Part shown: positions 20,832-30,997 of the stretch, piece by piece
Layout of the letters: each line of letters opens with the position of its first letter
How positions within the stretch are numbered: position 1 is the first letter of the stretch
Assembly (NCBI GenBank): GCA_965263355.1
Contig: CBDHHL010000056.1
Coordinates: 1,376,001 to 1,440,000 of the forward strand
Direction: 5' to 3'
Length of the DNA stretch: 64,000 bases
From: Leptolyngbyaceae cyanobacterium
GTDB lineage: Bacteria > Cyanobacteriota > Cyanobacteriia > Phormidesmidales > Phormidesmidaceae
Position numbers and translations under genes: made by a program
The notes under the pieces: model-generated
What the model saw: the letters and a program-made list of their open reading frames with translations, nothing else
What the model was told of the DNA's origin: nothing
The model's database searches: none

Positions 20832-23800
20832 ATGTCTCCCTACTTTATACTTTGTTGCTCAACCATGCTTAACCATACTTCGAACAACGTTGGTCAGCCG
20901 ACATCTATAAATCAACTAATCCCTTGCCCTGTTGATTTATCTTGCTTATTGCCTGAAGATCAAGAAAGATTAATTACTTGGAATTCTACTCAAATAGAGT
21001 ATCCTTTGCACCTGTGTATTCATCAACTGGTAGAGATTCAGGTGGAAAAAACACCACAACAGATTGCTGTCGTTTTTGAAACACAGGCCTTAACCTACTA
21101 TGACCTCAATGCGCGAGCTAATCGATTAGCCTATCACTTACGAACGTTAGGTGTAGGACCAGACATGCTGGTCGGTATCTGTCTTGAACGCTCTATCAAT
21201 ATGATTGTTGCCTTGCTTGCCATTCTTAAGGCAGGTGCTGGTTATTTACCCCTGGATATTTCCTATCCTATAGACCGTCTACAGTACATGGTAGAAAATG
21301 CCCAGGCTCCTATCTTGCTAACCCAATCCTCTCTTATGGGTTATTTGCCGACTGCAGGACGCAGGGTAATCTGTCTGGATCAAGAAAAAATAGACAAGCA
21401 TTATCCGGTTACAAATTTGGAAAACCTGGGTACGCCAGATACTTTAGGTTATGTGATTTATACCTCTGGATCTACAGGCAAACCGAAAGGGGTGGCTATG
21501 GGACAGCGAGCTTTGGCTAATCTGCTCCATTGGCAGAAACAGCAATCGGCTGCTTTAGAACCAGGTGCTCGTACCCTACAGTTTACGCCCATTAGTTTTG
21601 ATGTTTCATTTCAGGAGATTTTCTCTACCTTAATAGCAGGTGGGACTTTAGTGCTGATTCAAGATGACTGCAGGCGTGATCCAGTGACTCTGATTCGTTA
21701 TCTGAAAACAGAACAGATTCAGCGATTGTTTTTGCCATTTGTTGCCCTCAGTCAGCTGGCTGAGGTGGTTAAACGGGAGTCAGTCGTACCCGAGCATTTA
21801 AGACAGGTGATTACCGCCGGAGAACAATTGCGAATTACGCCTGACATTGTTCACTGGTTTCGTGCAATGCCTAAGTGTCGTTTACACAATCACTATGGTC
21901 CCTCCGAAAGCCATGTGGTCACTGCCTTTACCTTAAATGAAGCACCCGATAAATGGGCGTTGCTGCCCGCCATTGGTATGCCCATTTCCAATACACAGAT
22001 TTATCTGCTAAATGAGCATAGGCAAGCCGTACCGCTAGGGGAAATCGGAGAACTCTATATTGCCGGTGACTGTCTGGCGCGGGGCTATCTCCATCGCCCT
22101 GATATTACGGCAGAACGGTTTATTAAGCATGGAGACACCATTCTCTATAAAACAGGAGATTTAGCTCGCTATTTACCAGATGGCAATATTGAATACCTGG
22201 GGCGCAGCGATCAACAGCTTAAAATTCGTGGATTTCGTGTGGAACCGGGCGAAATTGAGACGTTACTGGAACAACATGCCAAGGTACAGAAGGCGGTGGT
22301 TCTAGCACGGGAAGCGACGGCTGGCCAGAAACGTTTAGCAGCTTATATTATGGCTGATGGGGTAAATGGGGATAGCGGTGCGTTTGGTCAGCAATTAAGT
22401 GATTTTGTCGCGGCTCAACTGCCAGATTATATGGTGCCATCGGCTTATGTCATTGTAGATGGGTTTCCACTGACGCCGAGTGGTAAGGTGGATCGTCGTA
22501 AATTGCCTTCTCCAGTGTGGTTGCGATCGCAAACCACACCCTACATCGCTCCTCGCACCCCCCTTGAAACAGAAATCAGCCACCTCTGGACTGAGCTACT
22601 CGATATTCAGGAGATTGGTATCCATGACCCATTTTGGGCTTTGGGGGGACATTCGCTAATGGCGGTGCAGTTGATGTATGGCATTAAAGAGCGATTTAAC
22701 GTGGAGCTAAGCCTAGCAAAATTATTGGGAGAGCCCACCATTGCCGCCTTAGCTGACTGGGTGCTTCAGATTCAAACCCAGGGTCAACTAGAGAATCAAG
22801 ACGATACCATTGCTGCCAAGGCAACCTTGGATGACACTATTCAAGTGCCACTGCTACCAGAAGAGCCGATTCCCAACTACTTTTTGACGGGAGCCACCGG
22901 ATTTTTAGGGGTTTACATGCTTCATGATTTACTCCAATACACCCGAGGAGATATCTATTGTTTGGTAAGGTCTACCAGCGTAACTGAAGGCTTTACTCGT
23001 CTAAAAAACAGTTTGAAACAATATCGCCTATGGCGTGATATTGACGCTGATCGGATTATTCCAGTGACAGGCGATCTAAGTTTGCCACGTCTGGGGATGC
23101 GTGCGTCTATTTTCGACCGGTTGGCGAAAAAGCTGGATGCCATTTATCACTGTGGGTCTTGGGTGAATGTACTTTATCCCTATTCCTCACTAGAGTCCGC
23201 GAATGTGGGTGGCACTCAAGAAGTTTTGCGTCTAGCCAGCCAGTCCCGAGTCAAGCCGGTCCACTATATTTCAACGGTGGATGTATTTGCTGTGGGTGAT
23301 GCCCTTCAACTCCGTACCATCGGTGAAAGCGGTGAAGGCAGCCAAATGGGACCAATCCGTTCCCTGTTTAGCGGCTATGCCAAGAGCAAATATGTTGCCG
23401 AAACCTTGATGCAGGAGGCCCAGGCTCGGGGTATACCTGTGATGATCTATCGCCCCAGTAATATTATGGGAGATACTACCAATGGTATCTGTTCACCCAA
23501 GAGTTTTGTGATCAAAATGATCCAGGGCTGTATTCAGCTAGGGGTGGCTCCTGATATCAATGCAGCTTTGAATCTTGTACCAGTAGATTATGTTAGTCGG
23601 GCAATTTTGCACCTATCTTTAACCCAATCTCCCCATGGTCAGGCATTTAATATAGTTAACCCTCAATCCTACCGCTGGTATGACCTGGTTGACTGGATGC
23701 GTGATCGACAAGGATACACCTTAACACGAGTCGCCTATGAAGCCTGGTGTTCTGAGGTCATTAATGGTGTTAGTCAGAACCAAGATCATCCGTTGTTCTT

Positions 23801-24017
23801 CTTAACAACATTTTTGACTAACTTGCCGTTTATCCAAAAGTCCCTGGGGGCATTTCACTTCCAATATGATCAATTGCAATCAGCTCTCAGAGACTCATCT
23901 ATTGGTTGTGCTCAGGTTGATACTAAGCTCTTGCAGCTTTACTTCGATGCCTTGGTAGAGCAGAATCTAATGCCTAATATTCCTGCTGTTATGGAGTATT
24001 TACCGATGGCGGCATAG
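20832..24017 (+). CDS. Stand-alone NRPS-like enzyme A-T-R (adenylation, PCP, terminal thioester reductase), predicted proline-specific
   Basis: A3 YTSGSTGKPKG, A4 FDVS, A5 NHYGPSE, A6 GELYIAG, A7 YKTGDL, A8 GRSDQQLKIRGFRVE, A10 SGKVDR; PCP GGHSL; R domain FLTGATGFLG and GYAKSK; no C domain. Confidence 0.92.
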   Translation: MSPYFILCCSTMLNHTSNNVGQPTSINQLIPCPVDLSCLLPEDQERLITWNSTQIEYPLHLCIHQLVEIQVEKTPQQIAVVFETQALTYYDLNARANRLAYHLRTLGVGPDMLVGICLERSINMIVALLAILKAGAGYLPLDISYPIDRLQYMVENAQAPILLTQSSLMGYLPTAGRRVICLDQEKIDKHYPVTNLENLGTPDTLGYVIYTSGSTGKPKGVAMGQRALANLLHWQKQQSAALEPGARTLQFTPISFDVSFQEIFSTLIAGGTLVLIQDDCRRDPVTLIRYLKTEQIQRLFLPFVALSQLAEVVKRESVVPEHLRQVITAGEQLRITPDIVHWFRAMPKCRLHNHYGPSESHVVTAFTLNEAPDKWALLPAIGMPISNTQIYLLNEHRQAVPLGEIGELYIAGDCLARGYLHRPDITAERFIKHGDTILYKTGDLARYLPDGNIEYLGRSDQQLKIRGFRVEPGEIETLLEQHAKVQKAVVLAREATAGQKRLAAYIMADGVNGDSGAFGQQLSDFVAAQLPDYMVPSAYVIVDGFPLTPSGKVDRRKLPSPVWLRSQTTPYIAPRTPLETEISHLWTELLDIQEIGIHDPFWALGGHSLMAVQLMYGIKERFNVELSLAKLLGEPTIAALADWVLQIQTQGQLENQDDTIAAKATLDDTIQVPLLPEEPIPNYFLTGATGFLGVYMLHDLLQYTRGDIYCLVRSTSVTEGFTRLKNSLKQYRLWRDIDADRIIPVTGDLSLPRLGMRASIFDRLAKKLDAIYHCGSWVNVLYPYSSLESANVGGTQEVLRLASQSRVKPVHYISTVDVFAVGDALQLRTIGESGEGSQMGPIRSLFSGYAKSKYVAETLMQEAQARGIPVMIYRPSNIMGDTTNGICSPKSFVIKMIQGCIQLGVAPDINAALNLVPVDYVSRAILHLSLTQSPHGQAFNIVNPQSYRWYDLVDWMRDRQGYTLTRVAYEAWCSEVINGVSQNQDHPLFFLTTFLTNLPFIQKSLGAFHFQYDQLQSALRDSSIGCAQVDTKLLQLYFDALVEQNLMPNIPAVMEYLPMAA

Positions 24018-24027
24018 TAGTTACTGG

Positions 24028-24283
24028 GAGTATCAATTTGAAGCGAGGGGCTTTTGAAGCGAGGGGCTTTTGAAGCGAGGGGCTTTTGAAGCGAGGGGCT
24101 TTTGAAGCGAGGGGCTTTTAAAGCGAGGGGCTTTTAAAGCGAGGGGCTTTTGAAGCGAGGGGCTTTTCCAAGGATAGAATTTAGAATTCAGGTGCTAGGA
24201 TGAGGAGCCAAAAGTCTCCTGAATTCAAACCTCTGGATTCTAGATTCTGATCTAACCAGTACTTCTCGACTTAAGTGGCTCCC
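24028..24283. mobile_element. MITE family B, copy 2, with internal tandem amplification
   Basis: Left end GAGTATCAATTTGAAGCGAGGGG...TTCCAAGGATAG and right end GGATTCTAGATTC...CTTAAGTGGCTCCC align with 9551-9689. Confidence 0.7.
24037..24164 (+). repeat. Tandem repeat, 8 x 16 bp (TTTGAAGCGAGGGGCT; two units TTTAAAGC...)
   Basis: Units counted directly at 24037, 24053, 24069, 24085, 24101, 24117, 24133 and 24149. Confidence 0.97.
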
Positions 24284-24317
24284 AATCCTTGGCCTGAGCT
24301 AGTCAAACAGGTAAACG

Positions 24318-24587
24318 TTAAATAGCTTGTTTACTGAGTAGTTCATTAGCCATGTAATGCAATATACCGAGTATTTTACCGACGTTATCGACAAAATACT
24401 CCATCGAATAATCGTCCCCTGATGTTCTCTGAGTTCCATAAAGCACTTCTGTCAGAATATGACTCACCTCAATAGGAATGATGGACGAATATAAATTAGC
24501 CTCAACAATAGTGAGATTGCTTATGCTTTTTTCAAAGCTGAAATCACTTATGCCATAGTATGGAAGTCCCATTGGCAAGGTTATCAA
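24318..24587 (-). CDS. Hypothetical protein or gene fragment
   Basis: AT-rich 89-codon ORF with TTG start, co-oriented downstream of ung; no recognisable motif. Confidence 0.3.
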   Translation of the reverse strand: MITLPMGLPYYGISDFSFEKSISNLTIVEANLYSSIIPIEVSHILTEVLYGTQRTSGDDYSMEYFVDNVGKILGILHYMANELLSKQAI

Positions 24588-24628
24588 TATTATTTTAGTG
24601 TTACTTTGGGCTATTCAGATTGAAACAA

Positions 24629-25330
24629 CTATAGTGACCAGGAAATTGGTTCAATGCCGTTTTTTTGCAAATATGCATTGGCTTTTGAAAAATGCCGGTT
24701 GCCAAAGAAGCCACGGTGCGCAGATAGCGGTGAAGGGTGGGGCGAAGTAAGCACTAAATGCCGTTCACGATCAATGAATTTTCCTTTTTGTTGTGCATAA
24801 CTGCCCCATAGCAGGAAAACTAAATGCTTTCGTTGCTGGTTTAGGTTGCTGATAATGGTATCTGTAAATTGCTCCCAGCCTTTTCCCTTATGCGAGGCGG
24901 CTTTATGTTGCTCTACCGTTAGTACACTATTGAGCAATAACACCCCTTGCGCTGCCCAGCCTTGCAGACAACCATGTTTGGGTAGTTTAATCCCCAGGTC
25001 TTGTTCAATTTCTTTGAAAATATTGACCAGGGAAGGCGGTGGGGTAACGCCCTCCGGGACAGAAAAGCACAGGCCATGAGCCTGACCTGGGCCATGATAG
25101 GGGTCTTGTCCGAGAATTACAACTTTGACCTGGTCAAATGGTGTGCTGTTCATGGCATTAAAAATTAGTGAGCCCCGTGGGTAAATAATTTTGCCAGCGG
25201 CCTTTTCTGCTACTAAAAACTGTTTTAATGCCTGCATGTAAGGAGTGGTAAACACATCTTCTAGAACCGCTTTCCAGGTGGGCTCAAGTTTAATCGTGCT
25301 GGTGGAAGAAGGGGTTGCGTCTGTTGTCAT
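24629..25330 (-). CDS. ung: Uracil-DNA glycosylase, family 1
   Basis: [48 protein letters not shown] 25330 preferred. Confidence 0.96.
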   Translation of the reverse strand: MTTDATPSSTSTIKLEPTWKAVLEDVFTTPYMQALKQFLVAEKAAGKIIYPRGSLIFNAMNSTPFDQVKVVILGQDPYHGPGQAHGLCFSVPEGVTPPPSLVNIFKEIEQDLGIKLPKHGCLQGWAAQGVLLLNSVLTVEQHKAASHKGKGWEQFTDTIISNLNQQRKHLVFLLWGSYAQQKGKFIDRERHLVLTSPHPSPLSAHRGFFGNRHFSKANAYLQKNGIEPISWSL

Positions 25331-25488
25331 AGGGGCACCTTGTTTAAGGTAAAAGTCTCTTCCAATGCATATATGGCCATTATTTAAATGAATATGCACG
25401 AAAAAGATAGGCTTATTTTGAAAACAACCATCTATCAATATTTATATGATACCGCCAAAGTATGCTGTCGCAAGTAAAAAAGAGTCTC

Positions 25489-26046
25489 TTAGCCAATAAA
25501 AACAGGTTTAGCGATAAATTGATGCGCATACATAATGGCAATGAAACCCAGCATCGGTAGACAGACCGTTAAATACTTGCCTGCGCAAGCCCAGCTTACA
25601 CCCCTTCTAGCCATCAATGCTCGAAAAGAGAAATATGAAAAAAATGAGATTGCAATGCCAAAACCACCAACGTAGGGTGGAAATAAATGATGTCTGATAA
25701 CACAATTACAAAAATGCCGATCGTGGAAGGTCCATTCTATCCATAGACCGTTTGACTCCTGTAAGGTTTTGACGAACAATAGACCCGCCAAAAATAGACT
25801 GGTTACGTTAAGGGCTATCAAAACAGACCTTTCTTTGAGGAAGTTGTTTTTTAATAGAAAAGGCAAGGCCACTATCAAAACTACATAAATCCCTGGTGAT
25901 AGTACATACAGATCAAATACAGACCTAAACCCAAATCCATCATCTAGGGCACTCAACTGACCGGCTATATAAATACTGTAAGTGAGGCCAACAAAAAATA
26001 TCCCCCCCGCGATGATGTGAACGAACCTGTATGTCCAAGCTTTCAT
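25489..26046 (-). CDS. Hypothetical integral membrane protein
   Basis: 185 aa with about 5 hydrophobic segments and a His/Cys-rich loop HDRHFCNCVIRHH. Confidence 0.6.
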   Translation of the reverse strand: MKAWTYRFVHIIAGGIFFVGLTYSIYIAGQLSALDDGFGFRSVFDLYVLSPGIYVVLIVALPFLLKNNFLKERSVLIALNVTSLFLAGLLFVKTLQESNGLWIEWTFHDRHFCNCVIRHHLFPPYVGGFGIAISFFSYFSFRALMARRGVSWACAGKYLTVCLPMLGFIAIMYAHQFIAKPVFIG

Positions 26047-26127
26047 ACATTTCCCGTTTTTCGTTATACGCTGCTGATTCTAACTAGCTGCCATACAATA
26101 AAGGCGTCTGTCAATTGAGCTTGAGTT

Positions 26128-26796
26128 ATGCCAGAGCAAACCCGTCAATCCTGGGATTTCGGTCGCTTTTTCGACACACTCAACTATTTTGACGCCATCC
26201 CTATCGTTAGTTCACTGCAAAAAATGTTTTTTGGTTCACCACCGCCACCGCCACCGCAGCTCCAGGCGAATATCATCTTCGACTTTCGGCAGCCCACGGA
26301 GCAAATGCGTCAACTCTGGGGTGCCCTTGATGATGTAGTCATGGGTGGCGTTAGCCAAAGTGGAGCCCAGCTACAGTCAGAAGGATTAGCTTTTAATGGC
26401 TATGTGTCTACAGCAAATTCCGGTGGCTTTGCTTCCGTCCGCACCCGTAACTTTGAGCCCCCCCTAGACTTGAGTACTTACAGTGGCATTGAGCTACGGG
26501 TAAAAGGTGACGGCCAACGTTACAAATTCTTTTTACGTGATGGCGCAGGCTGGGATACCGTCGCCTATGCCTATTCCTTTGATACCGCGAACGGTGGTTG
26601 GGTAACCATTCGCATTCCCTTTGCTGATATGAAAGCCGTACAGCGAGCGCGTATAGTGCAACGAGGCCCACTCAACGCGGGGCGAATCTACTCGCTGCAA
26701 ATCATGCTGAGCAAGTTTGAATATGACCGTCAGCTGAACCCTCACTTTACGGCAGGTCCATTTCAGCTGTTAGTGGAGTCTGTTGGAGTTTATTAG
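26128..26796 (+). CDS. CIA30 family protein
   Basis: WGALDDVVMGGVS, GGFASVRTR, RVKGDGQRYK, LSKFEYD. Confidence 0.9.
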   Translation: MPEQTRQSWDFGRFFDTLNYFDAIPIVSSLQKMFFGSPPPPPPQLQANIIFDFRQPTEQMRQLWGALDDVVMGGVSQSGAQLQSEGLAFNGYVSTANSGGFASVRTRNFEPPLDLSTYSGIELRVKGDGQRYKFFLRDGAGWDTVAYAYSFDTANGGWVTIRIPFADMKAVQRARIVQRGPLNAGRIYSLQIMLSKFEYDRQLNPHFTAGPFQLLVESVGVY

Positions 26797-26841
26797 CTAG
26801 GCTTTAATTTTCACTCTGCCCTCGGTTACAGGTGTATTCAA

Positions 26842-27747
26842 CTACTCCTCCAAAGGCTTTGTAGCATTCCCTTTCTGGGCGTAAAGAATACCGACAATCA
26901 ATAACAGGCCTCCAACTGTGCTGGACCAGCCTAGGGGTTCCTTAAAGGCAAAGATACCTAGCAACGTAGCTGTCAAAGGCTCGATTAAAACTGCAATACC
27001 AGCCACAGTGGCAGACGTGTAACGGATGCCTAACATGTAAATGCCGTAGGCAAAGCCGCTGGTGATAATGCCGAGATAGAGTAGATAGGGTAAGGCCTTT
27101 AGCCAGATATCTAAGGCAGGCTGTAACACTAGGGTGGGGGTGAGAGCTAACGCCGCTGCCGTGAAGCTATAGGTCGAGATCGCAATCCCATCCATCCGCC
27201 TGACCAGTGCCTTCGCTAAAATGGCATACCCTGCATAGGAGAAGGCAGCACCAAAAGCCAAGACCACACCCAAGAGAAACCGACTGCCATTAACCTGTAA
27301 TGCGTCCGGTTGGGCAACTAATAACACAGTGCCGGTCACGCCCAGCGCTAGGGCAATACCCAGACTACGAGTGAGTTTCTCCCCAAGAAACGCAATGGCC
27401 AGCAAGGCAATAATCAACGGCGACGAACAAATGGCGACCATTGCCGTCATCGCCACTCCGACATAGGGTACAGCGGCAAAGTAAAACACCTGATAGCCTG
27501 CCATACATAGCCCCATGGCCAGCATCGGTAAACGATATGCCTGGGGGGGCCAATAGGGGACGTTATTATCCTGACTGTGTTTGCGGGTGTTATAGCTGTG
27601 CCATAGCCAGAAGATGGGCAGTGCAAAGATCATGCGCCACAGGCCCACAATTAATGGAGAAACAGTTACTTTTTGAGAGATCAGCACTGAGGTAGTGCCT
27701 GTAGTGCCCCAAGCAACAGCGGCTAGGCATATAAGAAGTAGACCCAT
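26842..27747 (-). CDS. DMT/EamA family transporter
   Basis: About 10 TM segments in two EamA repeats (WGTTG...; IEPLTATLLG). Confidence 0.9.
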   Translation of the reverse strand: MGLLLICLAAVAWGTTGTTSVLISQKVTVSPLIVGLWRMIFALPIFWLWHSYNTRKHSQDNNVPYWPPQAYRLPMLAMGLCMAGYQVFYFAAVPYVGVAMTAMVAICSSPLIIALLAIAFLGEKLTRSLGIALALGVTGTVLLVAQPDALQVNGSRFLLGVVLAFGAAFSYAGYAILAKALVRRMDGIAISTYSFTAAALALTPTLVLQPALDIWLKALPYLLYLGIITSGFAYGIYMLGIRYTSATVAGIAVLIEPLTATLLGIFAFKEPLGWSSTVGGLLLIVGILYAQKGNATKPLEE

Positions 27748-27760
27748 AATAGGATGGTGA

Positions 27761-29668
27761 TTACTTATAGCTGCGTTGCGTCAGTTCAACATTATCAAAG
27801 ACCAAAGACTCCTTATGTAACTCAGGGGGCTGTTCATCGCCGCTGTAGGCCCAGGCTGCCACATAGGCATAGTCGTCATCATTACGTTTGGCTTCACCAT
27901 CGCTGGTCTGATATTCCTCACGGAAATGACAACCACAGGATTCTTCTCGGTTGAGGGCGTCGCGGGCCATCAGTTCCCCTAGTTCCAGAAAATCGGCCAG
28001 ACGACCAGCATATTCCAGGTTTTTATTGAGAGTATTTGCTGCCTCAGGTACCCGCAGGTTTTGCCAAAATTCTGCTCGGAGTGATTGGATTTGGTCGATA
28101 ACAGATTGGAGGCTGTTGCGATCGCGACTCATGCCCACATGATCCCACACCAGCTGCCCCAGCTCTCGATGAAACTGCATCACAGTTTTCTCACCCTGAA
28201 TGCTCAAGAGCTTGTGAATTTTGGCTTTTACTGAGGCCTCAGCTTCAGTAAAGGCATCATCATCGATATCTATGGGTGGCAGTGGATTACGGGCCAAGTA
28301 ATCGCCCAGGGTATAGGGAATCACAAAATAGCCATCCGCCAGTCCCTGCATTAAGGCACTGGCTCCTAAGCGATTGGCTCCGTGGTCTGAAAAGTTGGCT
28401 TCACCCAGGACAAACAGACCGGGAACTGTGCTCATCAGGTGATAGTCCACCCAGAGACCACCCATGGTGTAGTGGACCGCCGGGTAAATCCGCATGGGTT
28501 GTTCATAGGGGTTTTCGTCAGTAATGCGTTGGTACATCTGGAAAAGATTGCCGTAGCGAGTTGCGATCGCATCCTTGCCATCTTGATCAATCGCATCCCG
28601 AAAGTCCAGGTATACCGCTAGCCCCGTGGCTCCCACACCCCGGCCTTCATCGGTCATTTGCTTAGCATTGCGAGAGGCGACATCCCGAGGCACCAGGTTG
28701 CCAAAGCTAGGGTAGCGTTTTTCCAGATAATAATCTCTCTCTTCGTCAGGAATTTCATTAGGTGGACGATTATCGCCTGGTTTTATCGGCACCCAAACGC
28801 GACCATCATTGCGCAGACTCTCACTCATCAACGTGAGTTTTGATTGATAATCTCCTGACACCGGAATGCAGGTGGGATGAATCTGGGTATAACAAGGGTT
28901 CGCAAAGTAAGCCCCTCGCTTATAACAGCGCCATGCTGCCGTCACATTAGAATTACGGCCATTGGTAGACAGATAAAACACATTGCCATAGCCACCCGTA
29001 CATAGGAGAACCGCATCTCCCTGATGCCGCTCTAATTCACCGGTAATTAAGTTACGGGTAATAATTCCTCGGGCGTGGCCATCGATAACCACCAGATCCA
29101 ACATTTCTCGCCGGGTGAAAATCTCAATCTGGTCGGCCATTTTCATCATGGCACTGTAAGCCCCTAACAGAAGTTGCTGCCCCGTTTGTCCTCGAGCATA
29201 GAATGTGCGTGATACTTGGGCACCACCAAAGGAGCGATTTGCTAACAAGCCACCATATTCCCTGGCAAAGGGGACTCCCTGGGCAACACAGTGATCAATA
29301 ATATGATTGCTAATCTGGGCAAGACGATATACATTTGCCTCGCGAGAACGATAGTCACCGCCCTTAATGGTGTCGTAAAACAAACGCCAGATACTATCCC
29401 CATCATTAGGATAGTTTTTGGTGGCATTAATCCCCCCCTGAGCAGCAATACTGTGGGCCCGTCGAGGAGAATCCTGAATACAAAAACTTTTAACCTGGTA
29501 ACCCAATTCTGCCAGGGTCGCTGCCGCTGAGGCTCCGGCCAGACCAATGCCAACGATGATAATACTGTGCTGCCGTTTGTTATTAGGATTAACAAGTTTA
29601 CAGTGGTCTTTAAAAGTGTTCCACTTATTCTTTAAATCGCCGTGGGGGATGCGTGGGTCTAAGGACAT
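27761..29668 (-). CDS. sdhA: Succinate dehydrogenase/fumarate reductase flavoprotein subunit
   Basis: [19 protein letters not shown] (covalent FAD His), [30 protein letters not shown]. Confidence 0.95.
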   Translation of the reverse strand: MSLDPRIPHGDLKNKWNTFKDHCKLVNPNNKRQHSIIIVGIGLAGASAAATLAELGYQVKSFCIQDSPRRAHSIAAQGGINATKNYPNDGDSIWRLFYDTIKGGDYRSREANVYRLAQISNHIIDHCVAQGVPFAREYGGLLANRSFGGAQVSRTFYARGQTGQQLLLGAYSAMMKMADQIEIFTRREMLDLVVIDGHARGIITRNLITGELERHQGDAVLLCTGGYGNVFYLSTNGRNSNVTAAWRCYKRGAYFANPCYTQIHPTCIPVSGDYQSKLTLMSESLRNDGRVWVPIKPGDNRPPNEIPDEERDYYLEKRYPSFGNLVPRDVASRNAKQMTDEGRGVGATGLAVYLDFRDAIDQDGKDAIATRYGNLFQMYQRITDENPYEQPMRIYPAVHYTMGGLWVDYHLMSTVPGLFVLGEANFSDHGANRLGASALMQGLADGYFVIPYTLGDYLARNPLPPIDIDDDAFTEAEASVKAKIHKLLSIQGEKTVMQFHRELGQLVWDHVGMSRDRNSLQSVIDQIQSLRAEFWQNLRVPEAANTLNKNLEYAGRLADFLELGELMARDALNREESCGCHFREEYQTSDGEAKRNDDDYAYVAAWAYSGDEQPPELHKESLVFDNVELTQRSYK

Positions 29669-29733
29669 GGGTGTAATGGCAAGGATTTTGAAACTCTAGC
29701 AAGTCAAAATTTAAAACTTAAAATTCAAAACTT

Positions 29734-30432
29734 TCAGGTGATGAGACCAAAATAAATACTTAAGGGCAGTACAACAAATCCCAGGGCGATGCCAATGGCT
29801 AAGATCGAACTCAGGGTATATGCGGCAGGTCTCAGGCTGGCATTCAGGGCTCCTAAGGATTGGCATGCGCTCCAGATGCCATGACGTAAATGACTGGCTA
29901 ACAGTACTATCACGCCGGTATAACTAACGGTGTAGAGCGGTTGTTGAAATTTTTCGATGACCAGTCGAGCTAAATCTCGGATATCCGAGCCTGGTACGAT
30001 ATAGCGAATGCCAAATTTGAACGTAAGCAAGTGCCAGACTAAAAAGCCACCCAGGACCAGACCGGTGACGATCATGGTACGAGAGCTGAGAGTTTGGTAG
30101 CTAGAGCCCCCCACTGAAGTATAGGTGACATAGCTTTGGGGCCTTGCTTGCAACCGCCTAAGAAAAATTTGTACCCCCATGAGGATGTGAAAAATAATAA
30201 AGCCTAGTAACCCGATCTCAATTAACCATACCAACGGCCCCAATTGCTCTATATAGTGACCATATTGGTTATAGCCATCGGCACTGATAAGCAAAATCAG
30301 ATTGCCTATCATATGGATGATGACAAAGGTAACTAAGGCTAAGCCACTGATACCAGTGATTAACTTTTTGCCAACAGATGACTGGTAGAGGGTGAGCAGG
30401 CGATTTGACCCAGCTGAGGGCATAGACGTCAT
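29734..30432 (-). CDS. sdhC: Succinate dehydrogenase cytochrome b558-type membrane anchor
   Basis: SSVGKKLITGISG, HMIGNL, 5 TM helices with His ligands, HLRHG; directly upstream of sdhA. Confidence 0.9.
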   Translation of the reverse strand: MTSMPSAGSNRLLTLYQSSVGKKLITGISGLALVTFVIIHMIGNLILLISADGYNQYGHYIEQLGPLVWLIEIGLLGFIIFHILMGVQIFLRRLQARPQSYVTYTSVGGSSYQTLSSRTMIVTGLVLGGFLVWHLLTFKFGIRYIVPGSDIRDLARLVIEKFQQPLYTVSYTGVIVLLASHLRHGIWSACQSLGALNASLRPAAYTLSSILAIGIALGFVVLPLSIYFGLIT

Positions 30433-30699
30433 AATTCCTAACGCTACAGTTAATTCTATTCTGTCTGGTTCAGGGAAGTTTTTGGGAAATTGCAGAAAAA
30501 TTATAGAGGGTCATTAGGGAAACTAAGTCAAAGGGCAATTAACTCAAAGCGATAGGTTCTCTCAAGCTCGACTTTATCCACCAGGCCGCATAGAAAAGTA
30601 AGTCAGACCAGAAGAAATTATCCACAGATGACGTGTATACCTAAAATCTAGCGACCCTAATAACTATGGTTTTATCCAATAGTGCAAGGATGACAGCCT

Positions 30700-30750
30700 A
30701 TGCCTTCTCCATTTCCAGGAATGGATCCCTACACTGAACAATCAGTGTGA
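30700..30750 (+). pseudogene. 5' remnant of a DUF4058-family gene
   Basis: Encodes MPSPFPGMDPYTEQSV*; MPSPFPGMDPY is the characteristic DUF4058 N-terminus as recalled. Confidence 0.55.
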
Positions 30751-30997
30751 AACTTATCGACCTACTTGAGTAAAGGCTCAGCAACAGAATCTTGATCCTA
30801 AAGATCTCATCTGTATCGTAAAAGACTCCTCCAGACTACACCCCTAGGCTGGAGGAGCCTAAAAACTTACAAATAAGTAGCTTGCGTACAGTGATTGGTA
30901 TTGTGTTACTCATTTATTTGTTCAGCCAGTAATTTTTCGGGAGAAATCCTCCCAAAAGACGAGTACTATTAGGCTCATATCATTACAGGCAGCAATT

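Noticed and set aside
24037..24164. Tandem array as a CRISPR array
   Set aside because: The 16-bp units are head-to-tail with no spacers, and there are no cas genes
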